From contig CAKZSV010000035.1 in the NCBI GenBank assembly GCA_937921485.1, positions 5,949 to 69,948 on the forward strand: DNA of 64,000 bases, read 5' to 3'. The notes beneath the pieces were generated by a model, which was not told the origin of the DNA, did not search any database, and saw nothing but the letters and a program-made list of their open reading frames with translations. Shown here in pieces: positions 63,740 through 64,000 of the stretch. A program made the position numbers and the translations under genes. Each line of letters starts with the position of its first letter. The stretch's first letter is position 1. This DNA is from an uncultured bacterium. GTDB taxonomy: Bacteria; Spirochaetota; UBA4802; JAGODF01.

Positions 63740-64000
63740 TCAAAGCACTCCCATGTGCTCAATCAGTATCTTCGCACCAATGGCAATGAGAATGATACCT
63801 CCTGCAAGCTCTGCACGCCTGCCAACGAACGCCCCCACCTTCTTTCCGATAAAAATCCCCGCAACAGAAAACGCAGCGCACACAAGACCTATCACGATAC
63901 TTGGAAAAAGTATGGCGTATCCAATGACGCCCAGAGAAAGACCGACCGCAAGCGCGTCAATACTGGTAGCAAACGACAGCACCACCAGGTTCCATCCCCG
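63740..64000 (-). CDS. mntP: Manganese efflux pump MntP, C-terminal half; the gene continues beyond the window
   Basis: 'LSFATSIDALAVGLSLG...AGIFIGKKVG...GGIILIAIGAKILIEH'. The frame is open to base 64000. Confidence 0.8.
   Translation of the reverse strand, partial: RGWNLVVLSFATSIDALAVGLSLGVIGYAILFPSIVIGLVCAAFSVAGIFIGKKVGAFVGRRAELAGGIILIAIGAKILIEHMGVL

Noticed and set aside
63568-63789. 73-aa ORF with 'YPAYPVYPV' repeats
   Set aside because: The peptide periodicity is simply the 9-bp DNA repeat read in frame. There is no RBS, and the ORF runs into the antisense of the mntP 3' end.

Overview
64-kb chromosomal window from a flagellated, diderm bacterium: it has a TonB-dependent receptor, many lipobox and signal-peptide proteins, and moderate GC by eye. 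Coding is dense on both strands. I call about 60 CDS (two disrupted), 2 tRNAs (Val-CAC, Asn-GTT), 1 cobalamin riboswitch and several intrinsic terminators. All family calls come from motifs read in the translations; no database was searched.

Landmarks:
- AraC-type regulator, two tandem CorC/CNNM transporters, an M23 peptidase and a class A PBP (2-8205).
- A translationally coupled block: 120-aa protein, RNase R, LigD-phosphoesterase-like protein, then ThyX (8631-12176).
- aroQ, a HepT/MNT toxin-antitoxin pair and a dus gene (12199-14591).
- queE, a radical SAM gene, an untracked 54-aa ORF and a YkgJ-like gene (14699-16874).
- A nonsense-interrupted RCK (TrkA-N/TrkA-C) gene (16881-17744).
- GAF-GAF-PP2C phosphatase, flippase-like membrane protein and radical SAM/SPASM protein (17861-21637).
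- bactofilin and pdxA; a frameshifted DUF4143 ATPase; an MFS transporter; an HDAC-like gene with an unknown partner.
- A secreted triple-repeat protein; hslO; a DUF853 ATPase; cspA; an HD-GYP gene; carB.
- A three-gene exported TPR / PEGA / WD40 operon (43586-48027).
- A flagellar operon on the minus strand: flgB, flgC, a 47-aa ORF, fliE, fliF, fliG, fliH, fliI, fliJ, an SLT gene and a FlbB/YlxF-like gene (56612-48117). The gene order and the FlbB-like collar protein look spirochete-like or Firmicute-like.
- A second HEPN/MNT pair; a degenerate-GGDEF sensor; a riboswitch-controlled TonB receptor; an APC permease; a hemerythrin; a partial mntP.

Most unusual items:
- The exported TPR/PEGA/WD40 operon.
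- An array of 9-bp-periodic inverted ATCCTG repeats (63588-63680).
- The monocistronic secreted triple-repeat protein.
- Two well-supported small ORFs missing from the ORF track (16282-16446 and 55552-55695).
- The in-frame TAG inside an otherwise intact RCK gene.
- A 52-bp tandem repeat upstream of the PBP gene.

No CRISPR array, transposase, integrase or rRNA was seen.
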